64,000 nt of DNA from Chamaesiphon sp. (GTDB taxonomy: Bacteria > Cyanobacteriota > Cyanobacteriia > Cyanobacteriales > Chamaesiphonaceae): positions 64,001 through 128,000 of the forward strand of contig CBDFFH010000005.1 in NCBI GenBank assembly GCA_965246715.1, given 5' to 3'. Both the position numbers and the translations under genes were made by a program. Every line of letters begins with the position of its first letter. Position 1 is the stretch's first letter. The notes under the pieces are model-generated. The model had not been told where the DNA came from. It ran no database searches and saw nothing but the letters and a program-made list of their open reading frames with translations. Shown here in pieces: positions 60,827 to 64,000 of the stretch.

Positions 60827-63559
60827 TCAAAAGTCTTCCTCTGTAGCTGGTGGAATAATGTCGATATCAATCTCAGCCAACAGATCATCTTGTTGCGATT
60901 GAGAAATTCGAGAATCTTTAGTAACTTTAGTAACAGGAACACTTAAATCTTTGCTGCACAAAGGTTTAAGACTGTTACTAGAGCAAGAATTAGCTAGTAA
61001 CTGGTTAGTAACAATTGCTGATGGCTGATGGCTACAACCTTTGACCTGTGCGGATTCAACGTTGTTACTAGACCAAGTAGCAGTATCCAAACCGTTATCT
61101 TGTAGCGATTCTGGAATATTCTGCGATGCTGTTGTTACTAAGCCGTTACTAGATGATTCATTTTCTAGTAACAGTGTTTTTCTTTGCGCTATTGACGTTT
61201 CAGACTTTTTGTTACTAGAGTTACTATGGTTTTCTAGAATTTCGATTTTGTAATCCGAGGATTGTCTTCTTGATTCATCATTTTCACGCGCATATCCTAG
61301 TTCAACTACTTTAAGCATGAAAGCCCGAATATCTTTGGCAGATGGTTTAGATTTGCCCGACCACCAATGTGTAACCATCCGAGTTGTTACCCACCCCTTC
61401 CCCCCAAAACGATTGATAAACTTCAGAATTCGAGCATCAGCGGGATCTGTTGTTGGATTAGAACCTGTCAGTGCTAACACCTTTTCGGTTTCTAGTAACA
61501 AACACCGACCCAATTCGATCGCGTGGTACATAGTGCTTGCTGACACTTCTCGATCAGGCTGTTTATTGTCCACCGCTGCCAACAACAAATGTAGAGCTAG
61601 TGCCAATCTTGCTACCCGATCCTTTGCCTTACCATAGATGCTTTCTAAGAATGTGCCGCTTTGATCGATCGTGAGATCGACCATATGGTTATACCAATCA
61701 GACCATAATTTTTGAGCCTTTGAGCTAGCTGTAAATGTTTGAGAGCTAAAGCCGTCAATAGTTGCATAAATCTTGGATAAAGCGGTGTACAGTAACCCGT
61801 CAGGATTGGGATCGTGAGAATAAGTTGCTGTTGTTGGTAAGTTGAAAAATACGAGTCTCGCCCACAGACCATCTTCCTTGTTGTCATCCTGCTCGAATAT
61901 TTTGGAGAGAGTCGTGTACTGGGTTGTTCCGACCAGAGATATCGCCGTTTTCTCGATGTGAATTCTCGGAGAACCTTTTCGTGTTACCTTCAGCTCATTC
62001 CCGTCGTACAAACTTAGCATTCGAGATCGATTATTAGCGGTTCCATATTTCTCAAAATCAGTAAACCCTTTAAGTTCATCTATCTTGATCAATAAGCAGT
62101 GTGATTTTTGGAACTGGCCGATATAGGCAAGAGATTCATATGTGTAGTCATCAACATAAAACTCTCGACATGCTGGTGAGTTGGGCTTGTCACCTAAATC
62201 TTCTTGTTTTTGACGTTTTTGCCGTTCGTATTCAGCTAATTCGCGCTCATACGCATCTACAGCTATGGCATATTCTTCATTCGCACCTTTTTGCAGTGCA
62301 GTGAGCGGCGATGTTATTGTTTTTAAGACTTCACTTTTGCCGCTGTTGGATGTACCAACTATTCCCACCCAGAGAATGGGTTTACCCCTAGTTTCCCTGA
62401 CATTTAGGGCGATCTCTACCTTAGACAGAGACAATACAACAGCTAATAAAGGTGCGACATATACCAGTGCGGGCAATGACCAGCGGATTGCTTCAGCTTC
62501 GATTAATCCTTTGAGTACATCGGGTAACGCCGATGCGGGATCGTATTCACTCTTTGTCAATAATCGGCTCAGGTCTTCGGATGCTTGTGAAACCACCTCT
62601 AGCCGATACCCTTGGTTAATCGCCTTAGTTTTGGCAGAATGATAAACTGCTGGTGGAGGACACCCCCCGTGACAGATAAAACCGCCCGTATCGCGATCGA
62701 TGTGAAGAGAATCATTACTTTCGCCATCGTGCGCGGGACACTTACACGTTATCCACCCTTGTCTGCCATCCTCCCGATAGCCCTCCAGATAAGGCGCGAA
62801 AGATCGAATGTCCGTTGGTGATGAATCGCTAGCTTCTATTTCTCTGATGGACTTGGTAGCCCATCGATCGAGATCGAGATCTGGCAACACTCGATCGAAT
62901 TCAGCGAGAGAATAACGGACATCGTTAAGCTGTAACAGTTCACAGGGAACGCGATCGAAGTTTTGAGTTTCAATGTTCCAAGAGAGATGGTCGAAACATG
63001 GTAATCTCATCAACTGAGCTGGATCGGCTAAGCTATCATCATCACAGTTCGAGTATTGAATCCACTGCCGCTGATAAGTGGCTAATCGATCGATTCTGAT
63101 AATTTCAGATGCCCAATAAGCGTGCAGCGATTTTCTAGTTTTAACAACTGCGGTAGGTTTTCCAAATTCAGCAGTTATTCGATCGATCTCCCGTTGTTGA
63201 TCTTCAAATGAGGCTTGATCGCTCTCATGAAAAAGTGTGGAACCATGGGTGATTTGGGAATTCTTATCACCGCCGTGGTGGGCGGCAAAATAGACCCCAT
63301 AACCTTGCTGGTTCAAAGATTTAAGGTATCCCCAACCATCTGGGATGACCACATGTCGATCCCGTCGCTGCTGAGAGAACTCGCCATTTTCTAAATTGAT
63401 GTAGCCTCGAACAACCGATATCTTAATCTCACCTGCTTGATTGGTGTATGTCATTCCCCGTGTCTCTAGTTCTAGCAGGGGACTATTCTTGGGTGGTAGG
63501 CAGCGAATGTAGACCCGATCTGAATGCCCGATTGCCTGAAGGAAATTAACGACATTCAT
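60827..63559 (-). CDS. Primase-like + Zn finger + DUF3987/YfjI ATPase replication protein
   Basis: LFHESD, KSLHAYW, DPAQLMRLP (RepB/AEP-like); CPAH..FICHGGC; VGTSNSGKS, IDEL, DGLWARL; ATG at 63559 coupled to the upstream stop. Confidence 0.85.
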   Translation of the reverse strand: MNVVNFLQAIGHSDRVYIRCLPPKNSPLLELETRGMTYTNQAGEIKISVVRGYINLENGEFSQQRRDRHVVIPDGWGYLKSLNQQGYGVYFAAHHGGDKNSQITHGSTLFHESDQASFEDQQREIDRITAEFGKPTAVVKTRKSLHAYWASEIIRIDRLATYQRQWIQYSNCDDDSLADPAQLMRLPCFDHLSWNIETQNFDRVPCELLQLNDVRYSLAEFDRVLPDLDLDRWATKSIREIEASDSSPTDIRSFAPYLEGYREDGRQGWITCKCPAHDGESNDSLHIDRDTGGFICHGGCPPPAVYHSAKTKAINQGYRLEVVSQASEDLSRLLTKSEYDPASALPDVLKGLIEAEAIRWSLPALVYVAPLLAVVLSLSKVEIALNVRETRGKPILWVGIVGTSNSGKSEVLKTITSPLTALQKGANEEYAIAVDAYERELAEYERQKRQKQEDLGDKPNSPACREFYVDDYTYESLAYIGQFQKSHCLLIKIDELKGFTDFEKYGTANNRSRMLSLYDGNELKVTRKGSPRIHIEKTAISLVGTTQYTTLSKIFEQDDNKEDGLWARLVFFNLPTTATYSHDPNPDGLLYTALSKIYATIDGFSSQTFTASSKAQKLWSDWYNHMVDLTIDQSGTFLESIYGKAKDRVARLALALHLLLAAVDNKQPDREVSASTMYHAIELGRCLLLETEKVLALTGSNPTTDPADARILKFINRFGGKGWVTTRMVTHWWSGKSKPSAKDIRAFMLKVVELGYARENDESRRQSSDYKIEILENHSNSSNKKSETSIAQRKTLLLENESSSNGLVTTASQNIPESLQDNGLDTATWSSNNVESAQVKGCSHQPSAIVTNQLLANSCSSNSLKPLCSKDLSVPVTKVTKDSRISQSQQDDLLAEIDIDIIPPATEEDF
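60919..61226. repeat. Cluster of TAGTAAC/GTTACTA heptamers (iteron-like)
   Basis: Eleven exact copies counted: 60919, 60928, 60974, 60995, 61006, 61064, 61134, 61145, 61166, 61211, 61220. Confidence 0.82.
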
Positions 63560-63750
63560 TAATTGACCTCCTCCCAGAGCGCACAAAACATACAACGCCC
63601 AATACCATAACCATCAAACTCGATCGGCTGATTGTGACAATCTTCGCAAACTGATGAAACGTATCTGATATGAGTTTGAAACGTTATGAGATCATTTTGA
63701 ATACTCGAAACTCGCACGTCGTTAAAAGACGCGCCAATACTGTCTGGCAT
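63559..63750 (-). CDS. Small putative zinc-finger protein
   Basis: CEDC..CMFC; AGGAG RBS; TAATG coupling to the replicase. Confidence 0.55.
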   Translation of the reverse strand: MPDSIGASFNDVRVSSIQNDLITFQTHIRYVSSVCEDCHNQPIEFDGYGIGRCMFCALWEEVN

Positions 63751-64000
63751 GGAGTGCTCCTGTTGATTGAAGATTACAGAGCATCCAAAGGTTGTGTTAA
63801 GATCGAACTAATATTTTCAAAAGCCGATCTAGTTCCAACCCCATTGGATACTAGATACATAACCCTTAACCTCGATAGGTTCGGGGTTATTCGCTATTTG
63901 GCTTTTGGAAGAGTAGATAAGTACTCCTCTATAAGAGCTTGATGTTCGGGTAGATCCTTCCCATTAATTAAATAATGGGATAGGAGAGTCCAATTCCAAA

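Noticed and set aside
57994..63750. Prophage
   Set aside because: No capsid, portal, large terminase, tail or lysis genes recognised in the window

Overview
Cyanobacterial DNA with a very high density of CGATCG/GCGATCGC (HIP1-type) sites; Chamaesiphon-like by inference only. Bases 1-12 kb are mostly ordinary chromosomal genes plus a nested IS cluster (IS1 inside an internally deleted IS4, beside a third IS remnant). The rest is accessory DNA arranged around a 3'-half copy of tRNA-Val(GAC) at 21051-21097. To its left is a small integrative element (tyrosine integrase, Xis-like HTH, DUF3854/DUF927 primase-helicase, and an HsdS-like remnant truncated by ISKra4). To its right is a region of more than 43 kb that runs off the window. 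It carries a primase-Zn finger-DUF3987 replicase with a family-B DNA polymerase, a DdmABC/Lamassu-type operon whose ATPase is cleanly split by ISL3, several toxin-antitoxin genes, and four paralogous TPR-CHAT (caspase-like) proteases. Two of the proteases form operon-like triads with a sigma-like protein and a DUF1822-like protein, and a third has a sigma-like neighbour. These protease/sigma/putative anti-sigma modules are the best candidate for an under-described system. All family assignments are from motif recognition by eye; no searches were run.
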